From positions 1,376,001-1,440,000 of the forward strand of contig JAXHNL010000002.1 in NCBI GenBank assembly GCA_034520565.1: a DNA stretch of 64,000 bases. The letters run 5' to 3'. How positions within the stretch are numbered: position 1 is the first letter of the stretch; each line of letters opens with the position of its first letter. Below the pieces are notes generated by a model. The model saw only the letters and a list, made by a program, of their open reading frames with translations. It was not told the origin of the DNA and made no database searches. The position numbers and the translations under genes were made by a program. This document shows positions 41,005 to 51,528 of this stretch, one piece after another. The stretch comes from Halodesulfurarchaeum sp. GTDB lineage: Archaea; Halobacteriota; Halobacteria; Halobacteriales; Halobacteriaceae.

Positions 41005-42156
41005 TTACTGGACCGTGCCGTTCGGCTCGATTCGCCCGTCGATCCGTGCGCCATCTCGGACACTCGCCCCGTTCCCGACGAAACTGCCCGGGAGGACCGT
41101 CGCCGCGCCGCCGATCCGTGCGTTGTCGCCGATCACCCCGCCGAGGGTCACGTCCCGATGGACCGTGTCCTGGAGGACCACGTCGGCCTGCCCGCCGACG
41201 ATGGTGGCGTTCGCGCCGATGGTGACGTTCTCGGCGACGATCGCATCACGAACGACGGCACCGGCCTCGACCGTCACGTCGGCCATCAAAAGCGAGTTCG
41301 AGATCGTGGCGTTCGGACCGATCGAGACGTTGTCGCCGAGTGCCGTCCCGCTCAGGATCGTCGCGTTCGGATACACCTGAACGTCGGCGCCGAGTTTGAC
41401 CGCCGAGGTAACGGATGCACCTGGATCGATCGCCTCGCCGTCCGGAGCCGGCTCCCTCTCGAGAAGGGCCGCGTTGACCGCGAGCAGGTCCCAGGGCCGG
41501 GTCACGTCGAACCAGCTTCCCCGGTCCGGGACGGCCTGGATCGGCGCGTTTTCGAGGTACCGGGAGAGCACGTCCGTCAAGGCCAGTTCGCCGTGGACGG
41601 TCGTCTCGCGAATCGCCGGAAAGATCTCCGGGCCGAAGGCGTACACGCCGGCGTTGATCACGTCCGAGCTGATCTGGTGGGGCTGGGGTTTCTCCACGAT
41701 ACGGGTCACGCGATCGCCCTCGAGTTCCACGACTCCGTACAGGGAGGGCTCGTCGGCCCGCGTGACGGCCATGACCGTCTCGTCGGTCTCGCGTCGCCGG
41801 TCGATCACGTCCTCGAGGACGGCGCTGTCGATGACCCGGTCCCCGTTCAGCACGAGGAAATCCCCGTCCACGAACGGTTCTGCTTCGAGGACGGCGTCCC
41901 CCGTCCCCAACTGCTTGTCCTGTGTGACGTATTCGACGTCGACGCCCCAGTCGTCGCCGTCGCCGACGTACTGCTGGATGCGGTCGGACTTGTACCCGAC
42001 CACGAGCAACACGTCCTCGAGACCGGCTTCAGCAACCGCCGAAATCACGTCGGCCAGGATCGGTTCGTTCGCGACCGGGAGCATCGGTTTCGGTCGCACG
42101 TTCGTCAGGGGAGAGAGCCGTCGGCCCTCGCCGGCGGCCAGGATGACTGCTTTCAT
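41005..42156 (-). CDS. Sugar-phosphate nucleotidyltransferase with hexapeptide repeats (GlmU-like)
   Basis: ILAAGEGRRL...PKPM; C-terminal left-handed beta-helix repeats. Confidence 0.9.
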   Translation of the reverse strand: MKAVILAAGEGRRLSPLTNVRPKPMLPVANEPILADVISAVAEAGLEDVLLVVGYKSDRIQQYVGDGDDWGVDVEYVTQDKQLGTGDAVLEAEPFVDGDFLVLNGDRVIDSAVLEDVIDRRRETDETVMAVTRADEPSLYGVVELEGDRVTRIVEKPQPHQISSDVINAGVYAFGPEIFPAIRETTVHGELALTDVLSRYLENAPIQAVPDRGSWFDVTRPWDLLAVNAALLEREPAPDGEAIDPGASVTSAVKLGADVQVYPNATILSGTALGDNVSIGPNATISNSLLMADVTVEAGAVVRDAIVAENVTIGANATIVGGQADVVLQDTVHRDVTLGGVIGDNARIGGAATVLPGSFVGNGASVRDGARIDGRIEPNGTVQ

Positions 42157-42226
42157 GAATGGTGTGTACTGGTCTCACGGACCGACCGAGCTACTCGAAC
42201 GGAACCGCTCCAGACGAAAAAACCCA

Positions 42227-42376
42227 TCAGTCGTCTGCTGATGCTGCAGCTTTGGACCGCTGTTCGCTGAGCGTCTCCCAGATTTCCGTACAGCCAGCGC
42301 CGCTCTCGACGTCCTCGAGGTGACTTCTGTCGGGATCAGCCCCACCTTCTTTCGGCTCTGAGACCTGGTTACTCAT
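42227..42376 (-). CDS. 49-aa small protein with a GAGCTEIWE motif
   Basis: ATG at 42376; HLEDVESGAGCTEIWETLSEQR. Confidence 0.65.
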   Translation of the reverse strand: MSNQVSEPKEGGADPDRSHLEDVESGAGCTEIWETLSEQRSKAAASADD

Positions 42377-42600
42377 TTTCTTAGTAACTCCAATGAACCC
42401 GGTGACCAAAAAGGTACCGGACGGGACGAAATCATTGCGCCTCCATGGTGGAACGACCCAGTAGGGTTCTCTTGTTCGCACTGACATCGGTCACCGGACC
42501 GACGAAATTCGCACTCATCACTGAATCCATCCTCTTATTCTAATACTCAATAATCAACAAAAACGTAGAGTTTAAGCATACGAAATAAGAATATGATACT

Positions 42601-43272
42601 GTGACTGACCTCCGTGATTGGGCCGCAGATCAGCCGCTTTTCGGGCTCAACGAAGCCCAACGAGCGACGGGGATGCAGCGCCCGACACTCCGGGAAACGC
42701 TGTCGCGAGCCGTCAAACGGGGTGACTTGATCCGCGTCGAACGGGGTAAATACACGGCTCACGCCGATCCGATGATTTACGCATCACATATCGAGACGCC
42801 TTCATATCTCTCGCTTTGGTCCGGACTACGGTATTACGACGTGACGACTCAGCAACCGGCTCGCGTTCAAATCATCGCGGCACGGAACCGGGAGGACCTG
42901 GAATCAGTTGAATTCTTCAGGTCCCGATCACTGTTCGGGTTCGGAAAGCGGCGATATGCAGATTTCGAGATCTTTGTGGCCGATCCCGAACGATTGCTCC
43001 TCGATTGTTTGGAGCGGAAAGCCGTCCCAGTGGAGGAACTTTTTGAACTGGCCGAGATCGTCGATATTGATACAAGCGTCGAATACGCCACTCGTCTGGG
43101 GATGGCTTCAGTAAAGAAACGCCTGGGATATCTCCTTGAAGTGGTGCGCGGTGAATCCGTTGATATCCTCCAAGTGGGGGATCGAAACTATCCTCGATTG
43201 GATCTCACACGTCCCGGGAATGGCGAAATCGATTCGAAGTGGCGCCTCAAGGTGAATACGGATGTTACGTAG
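42601..43272 (+). CDS. abiEi: Type IV TA AbiEi-like antitoxin
   Basis: N-terminal wHTH; YLSLWSGL, ADPERLLLD and KRLGYLL motifs. Confidence 0.8.
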   Translation: MTDLRDWAADQPLFGLNEAQRATGMQRPTLRETLSRAVKRGDLIRVERGKYTAHADPMIYASHIETPSYLSLWSGLRYYDVTTQQPARVQIIAARNREDLESVEFFRSRSLFGFGKRRYADFEIFVADPERLLLDCLERKAVPVEELFELAEIVDIDTSVEYATRLGMASVKKRLGYLLEVVRGESVDILQVGDRNYPRLDLTRPGNGEIDSKWRLKVNTDVT

Positions 43273-44020
43273 GTCTCAAATCGAATCTTACGCACGAACT
43301 TTTACGAACGGGAACGCGGGCCAGGCAGAAACCCTGTATCTCCAGGATCTCGTGCTGTCGACGATCAGTCGGGAGACTGCGGACCAGCTCGTATTCAAAG
43401 GTGGTACGGCACTGTTGAAGTTCTATCAACTCGATCGATTTTCCGAGGATCTCGATTTCACTGCTCGGGTATCGATCGATGACGATGCGTTGGTTCGGGC
43501 AGTATCTCGTGACCTCGAGGCCTATGGGGCCAGTCCCGAGGAGACGGACATCGAACGAGAGAATCGTTCCGTCCAGATACGATTGGGCATTCAGGGGCCG
43601 TTGTACACGGGCGATCGACGCTCACTCAACTTTCTTCGGCTCGAGATCAATACCGAAAGCTCGATTCGTTCCGTCGATATCAAGCGATACAATCCGCACT
43701 TCCAGGATATTCCGGCCTTCGAACTTTCCGTATTGTCAGAACGAGAGATCTTGGCCGAAAAGATTCGAGCACTCCTGACCCGGGATCAGCCGCGTGATCT
43801 GTACGACATCTATCACCTGCTCTCGAAGTCGGTTTCCATCGACCCCGACGTAGTCGGACGAAAACTCGAGTACTATGATAGACAGTACGATCCCTCAGCG
43901 GTCCTCGAGGCGGCAACTGAGCTTGAAATACGGTGGGAAACGCTCAGTCCCTTGGTCTATTCCACACTGCCGGAGTTTACGACGGTTATCGATCTGTTGG
44001 GCGAGGAATTGAGGGTGTGA
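43262..44020 (+). CDS. abiEii: AbiEii-family nucleotidyltransferase toxin
   Basis: FKGGTAL, RFSEDLDF, AEKIRA and RDLYD motifs. Confidence 0.9.
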   Translation: MLRRSQIESYARTFTNGNAGQAETLYLQDLVLSTISRETADQLVFKGGTALLKFYQLDRFSEDLDFTARVSIDDDALVRAVSRDLEAYGASPEETDIERENRSVQIRLGIQGPLYTGDRRSLNFLRLEINTESSIRSVDIKRYNPHFQDIPAFELSVLSEREILAEKIRALLTRDQPRDLYDIYHLLSKSVSIDPDVVGRKLEYYDRQYDPSAVLEAATELEIRWETLSPLVYSTLPEFTTVIDLLGEELRV

Positions 44021-44123
44021 GACTTACTCTCTACAATCGTCGGTCGATTTCGCCCTGACTTTTTACCGCCTCTATCGCCATTCCCGATTCCTTTTTGCCC
44101 ACTCCGATTCATTCCCCGGATGA

Positions 44124-44969
44124 ATGGACTCCCGCACGGACCCCGATCGACTCCTCGAACGCCTCGATCTGGGCGAGTACGAGTCGACCGCCCTCGAGGA
44201 GCTCTTGACGATCGGCCGCTCGACTGCCCCGACCCTCTCGGAGGCGACGGGGATTCCCAAGGCACGGATCTACGACGTCCTCTCGGATCTCAACGACCGC
44301 GGATTCATCAAGGTCGTGCCCGGCCGGCCGAAGGAGTATCAGCCCAAGGATCCGGAGGTGATCCTCGACCGGGCGATCGAGAACCGCCGCCAGACCTTCG
44401 AGTCCGATCGGCAATCGATCGAGTCGATACGCGAGACGTTCCTCGAGACCTTCGAACCCCGATTCGAGGACGCCTCCCGCGATATCACGCCCACCGAGGA
44501 ACTCTTCTGGGTCGTCGATGTCGGCGAGGTGAGCGAGCGGGAGACCCGCCAACTGTACGCGGAGGCCGAGAATCGGGTCCACGTCTTCACCAAGAGTTTC
44601 GAGTACCTCCCGAGCGTCGAGGAGGCACTGCGGGACGCCGTTTCCCGGGGCGTGGAGGTGCAGGTACTCTTCGTCCATCCGGACCACATCGAACCGGAAA
44701 ACCGGTCGATTCAGGACGAGCGGATCGATCACATCGAGTCGATCGAGGGGGTCCAGTACCGGATCAGCGAATCCAAACTCCCGGTTCGGGGCACGCTTGC
44801 CGACCCGAGCATGGAGTACGACACCGGCAAAGCACTCTTTCTCGTCGAGGAGGAGGAGATTCCGTTGCACCTCCGGCAGGCGGCAGTGACGGAGAACGCC
44901 TCGTTCGTGGCGGGGATGAACCGGCTGTTCGAGTTGATCTGGGAGTACGAGTCCCTCGGGAGTTATTGA
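44124..44969 (+). CDS. TrmB-family transcriptional regulator
   Basis: LGEYE...GIPKARIYDVL HTH. Confidence 0.9.
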   Translation: MDSRTDPDRLLERLDLGEYESTALEELLTIGRSTAPTLSEATGIPKARIYDVLSDLNDRGFIKVVPGRPKEYQPKDPEVILDRAIENRRQTFESDRQSIESIRETFLETFEPRFEDASRDITPTEELFWVVDVGEVSERETRQLYAEAENRVHVFTKSFEYLPSVEEALRDAVSRGVEVQVLFVHPDHIEPENRSIQDERIDHIESIEGVQYRISESKLPVRGTLADPSMEYDTGKALFLVEEEEIPLHLRQAAVTENASFVAGMNRLFELIWEYESLGSY

Positions 44970-45029
44970 TCGACTTCCGCCTCATCTACGTTCGAGCCGA
45001 CAGCATGCCTGTTTCCGTGGAACGGTAAT

Positions 45030-46017
45030 CTATTGTTCAGACCGTTTCTCGAGCAACTCCCGAACCGTCTCCTCGACGCTGTGAGTGGGCTCCCACCCCA
45101 ACTCCGCCTTCGCTTTCGACGTGTCGACGGCGAACTCGCTCACCAGCGTCTCGTTCCCGCGGGGATTCTCGACCAAATCGACGTCGGTCTCGATGCCCTG
45201 CTCCGCCGCGATCTCTTGCACCAGCTTTGCCACCTCCATCACGCTTGGATCCTCCGAACTCGCGATCTCGTAGGTCCAGGTGCCGGTCTCCCCACCATCG
45301 AGCTGCTCGAGCAACCGCTCGGCACTCCGGACGTAGGCGTTTGCCACGTCTTTCACGTGGATGTAGTTCCGCGCCTGCGTCCCGGGTTCGTAGACCGTGA
45401 TCGGCTCGTCGGAAAACACCCGGTCCACGAAGAAGTTGATCACCGTCCCCTTCGTCACCGTCTTACCGCCCACCTCGTGCTCACCGTACAGATTCGACTT
45501 CAGGTAGAGGTGCGCCGGGAATGCCCCATCCGCCATCGTCTCGATTGCCCGCTCTCCCAGCACCTTCGTCCGGCCGTACCAGTTCATCGGATCGCGCTCC
45601 TGATCGGCCGTGATGGGGAACTCGTTCGGGATCGCCCAGCGTGGCCATACTGAACGGGAACACGAGCCCGGCACCGGTCTTCCGACAGAACCAGGCGACG
45701 TTGTTCGTGCCCTGGACGTTGACCTCGTAAGCGAGATCGGGGTTGTTCGTGCAGTCGTCGACGCCGCTGACCGCAGCGAGGTGAAGGACGATATCGCTCC
45801 CGGCGAGCGCGTCCTCGAGGGCGTCTCGATTTCGGATATCGACGTACTGGACTTCGACGTCCCCGATCTGGCGGACCTCCCCGAGGTAGAAGTTATCGAG
45901 GGGGATCAGCTCCCAGTCGGGATGCTCGTCCCGGATGAGCTTCACGACGCGACTGGCGATGAACCCGGCTGCGCCGGTGACCGCGATCGTCGGGTTTGTC
46001 GCTGTCTCTGCGTTCAT
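45030..46017 (-). CDS. NAD-dependent epimerase/dehydratase, split by a 1-nt insertion at about 45628-45630
   Basis: VTGAAGFIA in ORF 45481-46017 joins PNEFP...WYGRTK in ORF 45030-45674. Confidence 0.85.
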
Positions 46018-46955
46018 GCCTGGAACTGTGCGGCGAGGTCCCGAATACCTTCCCGTAGCGTTTCCCGGGGCTCGAAGTCCGTGTCTGCGGCCAGCCGATC
46101 GAAGTTCACGTGATAGGACGGCCCCGGCTTGCGATCTTCGAGATACGTGATCTCGAGGTCGGTGTCGAGTTCCTCCCGGACGACTTCCGCGATCTCCCGG
46201 ATCTGGTAGTTCTGGTCGTTCGCGCCGACGTTGTAGACCGGGTGGTCGTACTGTTCTGGATGCCCGGCCGCGTGCGCGAACGCCCGCGCGGCGTCGCGAA
46301 CGTGGATGAACGGTCGCCAGTTCGTTCCGTCCCCGTAGACCGTCAGCGGCCGATCAGTCAACGCCCGGAAGACGAAGTGATTGACGACCAGGTTGAAACG
46401 AACCCCTGGTGCGTCCCCGAAATTCGTGCTCATCCGGAGCGCGGTCGCCGAAAATCCGTTGTCCGAACTCGCCTTCCGGAGCAATTCCTCGGACTCGAGT
46501 TTCGACTCTGCGTAGGGGTTCAGCGGATCGGCCTCGGTCTCCTCGGTGATGTCCGCAGTCGTCGCCCGGCCATAGAGGTTACACGATGAGGCAAAGACCA
46601 CGTTCCCAACGTTGTACTTCTCGGCGGCCTGAACGACGTTCTCGGTACCCCCGTAATTGATGGCAAAGGTCTCGTCCTCGCGGTCGTGGGTGCTCTCCGC
46701 GCCGGTGATCGCGGCGAGGTGGATCACCGTATCGACACCTCGCATCGCGTTCTCGACGGCCCCGTACTCCCTGACGTCACCGCGATAGACGGTCAAATCG
46801 TCGTCGGTACCCAGACCCGTCCCGAACAGATTGCGGGGGCTCCCCGTGGACTGGTCGTCGAACACCGAAACGGTGTCGACAACGTCGCGATCCAGCAGGT
46901 ACGGCACCAGCGCGCTGCCGATGTAGCCCAGGCCACCGGTGACGAGGACGTCCAT
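46014..46955 (-). CDS. NAD-dependent epimerase/dehydratase
   Basis: VTGGLGYIG and YAESK motifs. Confidence 0.9.
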   Translation of the reverse strand: MDVLVTGGLGYIGSALVPYLLDRDVVDTVSVFDDQSTGSPRNLFGTGLGTDDDLTVYRGDVREYGAVENAMRGVDTVIHLAAITGAESTHDREDETFAINYGGTENVVQAAEKYNVGNVVFASSCNLYGRATTADITEETEADPLNPYAESKLESEELLRKASSDNGFSATALRMSTNFGDAPGVRFNLVVNHFVFRALTDRPLTVYGDGTNWRPFIHVRDAARAFAHAAGHPEQYDHPVYNVGANDQNYQIREIAEVVREELDTDLEITYLEDRKPGPSYHVNFDRLAADTDFEPRETLREGIRDLAAQFQA

Positions 46956-46956
46956 C

Positions 46957-48126
46957 TCAATCCTCAAGGACGCCCGGGAGGAACCGGTCCTCGTGGGCCG
47001 TGATGGCCTCCTCGTATTCGCTGATCGTGCCGATGGTCTCCCGCATGCCCGCCTCGAAGGTCACGCTTTGCCCGTCGATGAGGTCTGCATAGCGGTCGTT
47101 CTCGATCTCCATCTTGTGGGTCTCGTCCTCGTCCCGGGGGTTCTCGAAGTGCTCGACATCGACGTCGTACCCGAACTCCCCGGCCACGTCCGCGATCGTC
47201 TCGGCGACCTCGACGATGCTGATTGCTCGGGTGACCTGATTGTACACGGTGAGATCGTCCGGTCGGTCATCGACGTCCGCGAGTGCCAGCCGCGCGAGTC
47301 CCTCGACGGCGTCTTCGAGGCTGATGAACGGCTTCCGCTGTTCGCCCTTGCCGTAGACGGTCATCGGGTAGCCGGCGACGGCCTGGGCGGCAAAGCGGTG
47401 CGCGACGACGCCGAAGTAGTAGTCGAAGTCGAAGCGGGTCGCCAGCCGGTCGTCGGCGTTGGTCTCGGAGGTGCCAGCCCCGTACGTGATGGCCGTGCGG
47501 ACGTCCGAGATGGGGATGTCGAACTGCGAATGGGCCAACCGCATGTTCGCCGCGTCGTGGCTCTTGGTGAGGTGATACCAGCTGCCGGCCATCGCGGGGA
47601 ACGGGACCTCGTCGCGCTCGCCCTGGTTCTCCATGACGGCCCCACCCTCGGGAATCGGGAACTCGGGCGCGCCGTAGACGCCCGTGGTGGTCGTCTCGAT
47701 GAAGTGTGTGTCGGTGAGATCCTGTTCCTCGAGTCCCCAGAGCAGGTTCCGCGTGGCCTGCATGTTGTTGTGCTGGGTGTAGTTCGCCCGCTCGCCGTTG
47801 ATCTGGGAGTACGGCGCGGAGGGCTGTGCGGCGGTGTGAACGATGACGCGGGGCTCGTGGACGGAGATGATCTCGTCAGTGAAGTCCTTGTTCGCGAGGT
47901 CGCCCTCGACGAAGGAGAGGTTCGTGATCCCGAGGACCTCCTCGGCCGCAGCGATGCGCTCCTCGATCGGCGCGACGGGGGTCGCACTCCGTGAGCCCAC
48001 GTTTTCGACCCACTCGCGACGGGCGAAATTGTCCGCAAGCAGCACGCGTTCGTCCGTCTGTTCGGCCGTTCGGAGGGCGGTCGGCCAGCCGATGTAGCCG
48101 TCGCCGCCAGTGATGAGGATGGTCAT
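46957..48126 (-). CDS. UDP-sulfoquinovose synthase (SqdB/Agl3-like)
   Basis: GGDGYIGWPTA, AAQPSAPYS, SWYHLTK and TRFDFD motifs. Confidence 0.85.
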   Translation of the reverse strand: MTILITGGDGYIGWPTALRTAEQTDERVLLADNFARREWVENVGSRSATPVAPIEERIAAAEEVLGITNLSFVEGDLANKDFTDEIISVHEPRVIVHTAAQPSAPYSQINGERANYTQHNNMQATRNLLWGLEEQDLTDTHFIETTTTGVYGAPEFPIPEGGAVMENQGERDEVPFPAMAGSWYHLTKSHDAANMRLAHSQFDIPISDVRTAITYGAGTSETNADDRLATRFDFDYYFGVVAHRFAAQAVAGYPMTVYGKGEQRKPFISLEDAVEGLARLALADVDDRPDDLTVYNQVTRAISIVEVAETIADVAGEFGYDVDVEHFENPRDEDETHKMEIENDRYADLIDGQSVTFEAGMRETIGTISEYEEAITAHEDRFLPGVLED

Positions 48127-48238
48127 AGTTACTCAGATCATGAGTTACTTTTCCAGGTGCATAAGCGTACCTACCTGCGGACGGTATTGGTGTGACGGGG
48201 CTCTCCATTTTCCGGATTTGACCAGCACCCTTTTGCAT

Positions 48239-48258
48239 TTGTATGCGTATGCATATAC
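48239..48258 (+). promoter_or_regulatory. Palindromic operator before vapB
   Basis: Imperfect palindrome tgtatgcgtatgcatataca abutting the ATG. Confidence 0.5.
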
Positions 48259-48489
48259 ATGGGTGACACCTCGATTCGGGTCTCCAAGGAAACGAAGCAT
48301 CGGCTCGACCTTTTCAAATCCGAGGGGGAGAGCTATGAGGATGTCATTCGACGATTGACTGAGCGAGACAAATGGGCAGGATTTGGCGTCCTGGCCGAAA
48401 CTGAGGGAGATACTCGTGCAGGCATGTCCAAAATGCGGAGTTCAATGCGTGACGGGATGGCCGAAGATCTCGAGGCAGACGACGAATGA
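48259..48489 (+). CDS. vapB: VapB-family antitoxin
   Basis: TSIRVSKETKHRL...ESYEDVIRRL. Confidence 0.87.
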   Translation: MGDTSIRVSKETKHRLDLFKSEGESYEDVIRRLTERDKWAGFGVLAETEGDTRAGMSKMRSSMRDGMAEDLEADDE

Positions 48490-48893
48490 TCGTCTTGGAT
48501 AACAATCTTCTCAGTGAGTATTTGGACGGAACATCGTCGGCCAGTTCGTTTCTCAAACGGTACGAGGCGGAAGCGTGGGCCGTTTCTGCAGTTGTGCTGT
48601 ACGAGGCGTATATGGGGGCCGTACACGGATATATCGATGGTTCACCAGAATCGGTTCGGCAGGCAGTGACCGCTTCGATGGACGTATTGACGGTTACCGA
48701 GCGGACAGCGATGGAAGCGAAGACGCTTCAGGAGGAGTTATTGGTGCGGGGTGTCCCGGCTGATCATCCTGATGCGTTGATCGCCGCGACTGCTCGGGAA
48801 CATGGGGCGACCTTCGCAACCGCGGAGAAGCATTTCTGGAAAGACGAAGTTCGGGACGTGCTCGAAGTTGCCGAGTATCATCCCGAGAAATGA
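48486..48893 (+). CDS. vapC: PIN-domain toxin
   Basis: MIVLDNN, VLYE and PDALIAAT motifs. Confidence 0.88.
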   Translation: MIVLDNNLLSEYLDGTSSASSFLKRYEAEAWAVSAVVLYEAYMGAVHGYIDGSPESVRQAVTASMDVLTVTERTAMEAKTLQEELLVRGVPADHPDALIAATAREHGATFATAEKHFWKDEVRDVLEVAEYHPEK

Positions 48894-48931
48894 ACAGTCC
48901 TGGCTCTGGGAGTCGAAACGAGGTGCCAAGA

Positions 48932-49141
48932 ATGAAAACACTCCGGATACGTGAGGAGGTGTACGAAAAGTTACAGGTCCTGAAACGGCCCGATGAGAGC
49001 ATCTCAGACCTTCTTTCTCGCTTATTGGATCGGGAAAATCAGTTCGAACGTGGATTTGGCGAGTTCTCGGATGTCAACTTCGAGCAGGAATTGGACGAAT
49101 TAGACGAACGGCTCGACGATGAATCATCTCGATCTGGATGA
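48932..49141 (+). CDS. vapB: VapB-family antitoxin, orphan; followed by a MILLE toxin-like stub at 49138
   Basis: MKTLRIREEVYEKL...DESISDLLSRL; ATGA overlap into an 11-codon ORF. Confidence 0.8.
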   Translation: MKTLRIREEVYEKLQVLKRPDESISDLLSRLLDRENQFERGFGEFSDVNFEQELDELDERLDDESSRSG

Positions 49142-49218
49142 TTTTGCTGGAACGAAGTCACGAACCGATCTGAGCTCGACCCGTTAGTTCTTTGCCCTAT
49201 GGCACTCCCAGTGACTCC

Positions 49219-50408
49219 ATGGACGCAGTCGTCTTGGCCGCCGGCGAGGGAACCCGGATGCGGCCGCTCACCGCCGACCGACCGAAACCGATGCTCCCGG
49301 TTGCGGACCGGCCGCTCCTCGAGCATACGATCGAGGCCGCGCGATCGGCCGGCGCCGACCACATTATCCTCGTGGTCGGCTATGAGGCCGATGTTATTCG
49401 CACCCACTTCGGCTCGGAGTGGGACGGCCTCGAAATCGAGTACGTCGAGCAGGAATCCCGAGACGGGACCGCAGATGCACTCCGGCAGGCCGCGTCGCGT
49501 CTGAACGGCGAGCAGTTCGCGGTCCTCAACGGCGACGGACTCTACGATCCGCCATCGCTCAGGGCCGTGTTCGAATCCGGCCCCGCAGTCGGCGCGATGC
49601 GCGTCGAGGACCCCTCCCAGTACGGCGTGCTCGAACTGTCCGCGGACGGTTCGCGGGTGACCGGCGTCACTGAGAAGCCGGCAGACCCCCCGTCGGACCT
49701 CGTCAACACTGGCGCGTACGTCTTCCCCGGCGAAGCGGTCGACTGGCTCGACGTGGGCGAAAGTGAGCGCGGCGAGCGCGAACTCACGGACGTCCTCGAA
49801 CGGGCCTGCGCGGAGTCGACGGTCGCGCCTGTCGAGATGGAGGACTGGCTCGACGTCGGTCGGCCCTGGGACCTCCTTGAGGCAAACGAGTGGCTGATCG
49901 GCGAGCGCTCCCGCGCGATCGCCGGGAACGTCCACCCCGGAGCCGATCTTCAGGGTCCCGTGGTCGTCGAACCGGGGGCCACCATCCACTCGGGCGTCGT
50001 CATCGAAGGGCCGGCCATCATCCGCGAGGGTGCGACTGTCGGCCCGAATGCCTACATTCGGGGGACGACCCTCGTCGATCGAGACGCAGCGATCGGCCAC
50101 GCCGTCGAGATCAAAAACAGCGTCGTCATGCATGACGCAAGCATCGCACACCTCTCCTACGTCGGTGACAGCGTCATTGGGCCGCGAGTCAACTTCGGTG
50201 CGGGAACCGTCGTCGCCAACCTCCGTCACGACGATGCAACGGTCCCGACGATCGTCAAAGGCGAAGTGGTCGATACCGGGCGCAGAAAATACGGGTGTGT
50301 CTGTGGACCGGACGCGAAAACGGGAATCAATACCAGCCTTGACCCGGGCGTGGTCCTCGATTCGGGGCGAGGACTGCGCCTGGGGAAGTGCGAACCCGAT
50401 CGGAGTGA
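49219..50408 (+). CDS. glmU: Bifunctional sugar-1-phosphate nucleotidylyl/acetyltransferase; 1-nt deletion in a G run at about 50364
   Basis: LAAGEGTRM and HLSYVGDS motifs; adding one G gives SGARTAPGEVRTRSE-stop at 50406-50408. Confidence 0.88.
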
Positions 50409-50436
50409 TCGTCTCCTGGGGGGGGGGGATCACTCC
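50402..50436. terminator. Hairpin with a G11 tract at the end of glmU
   Basis: ggagtgatc...gatcactcc inverted repeat. Confidence 0.5.
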
Positions 50437-50562
50437 CATTTGCCGGTAGCGGAATCGAGAGGTTCGGGCACCCGGAGGGAGATGCCATGAGAAACGGGTC
50501 ACTGAACAGTTTCGGACCAGGATATAGGACGAACATGAACCCCCATCTCCACGACGCTGACC

Positions 50563-51459
50563 ATGACTGAGCAACGCGTCGGCATTCTCGGCTGCGGATA
50601 CGTCGGAACCGAGCTTGCGCGGCAGCTGCGTGACGAGTACGAGGTGTACGGTGTCCGGCGATCATCGGCGGGGCTGGAGGCTGTCGCGGAGACGGGCGCC
50701 GAACCCATTCGAGCCGACCTCACCGATCCGGACGACGTCACCTCGCTTCCGGATGCGGACGTCCTCGTGTTCACCGCGAGTTCCCGCGGCAATCCCGGGC
50801 CCGGGGCAATCTACAATACAGCCCTCGAATCGGTCATTACGAACTTCGGTCCACGCAGGCATCCCCCTGATCGGCTCATCTACACCGGGAGCACCGGCGT
50901 CTATGGTGACTTCGGCGGTGACTGGGTGGACGAGGAGACGCCGATCGAACCCGAAACGGACCGCCAGGAGATCCTCCGCGAGGCGGAGCGACTCACCCTG
51001 GAAACCGCCCCCGAGTTCGATATCGATGGAACCGTGGTCCGTTTTGGCGGGCTGTACGGGCCGGATCGATACCGGATGGATCGGTACCTGGAGGGACCGG
51101 TCACGGCGGGATACCTGAATCTCGTCCACCGCGAAGACGCGGCCGGGGCCGTCGCGTTTCTCATCGAAGGAGACCGGCTCCGGAACGAGACGTTGCTCGC
51201 AGTCGACGACGAACCACTCGACAAATGGCAGTTCGCCGATTGGCTGGCGGAAGCGATCGGCGTGGCACAGCCACCAAAACAAACCGTCGACGATCGCCTG
51301 GAAGTGGGAACCCGATCGACGGCCACGCGCCAGCGGATCGTCGCGAGCAAGCGGTGTTCGAACCAGAAACTCCGGGAGATCGGCTACGAATATCGCTTTC
51401 CCACTGCCTATGACGGATACGAGCCCGCTATCGAAGCCGCCCGAGACGGAGCCCGGTAG
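50563..51459 (+). CDS. Atypical SDR oxidoreductase
   Basis: ILGCGYVG and STGVYGD motifs. Confidence 0.88.
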   Translation: MTEQRVGILGCGYVGTELARQLRDEYEVYGVRRSSAGLEAVAETGAEPIRADLTDPDDVTSLPDADVLVFTASSRGNPGPGAIYNTALESVITNFGPRRHPPDRLIYTGSTGVYGDFGGDWVDEETPIEPETDRQEILREAERLTLETAPEFDIDGTVVRFGGLYGPDRYRMDRYLEGPVTAGYLNLVHREDAAGAVAFLIEGDRLRNETLLAVDDEPLDKWQFADWLAEAIGVAQPPKQTVDDRLEVGTRSTATRQRIVASKRCSNQKLREIGYEYRFPTAYDGYEPAIEAARDGAR

Positions 51460-51528
51460 TCGATATTCCACGTCAGTGACCCATTCGGAAGGATACGTTT
51501 TTGGCATCGGCCCCGCGACTCCCTTGTA

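Noticed and set aside
50418-50428. G11 tract as a phase-variation switch
   Set aside because: It lies after the corrected glmU stop, inside a hairpin; there is no coding effect and its length may be an assembly artefact.
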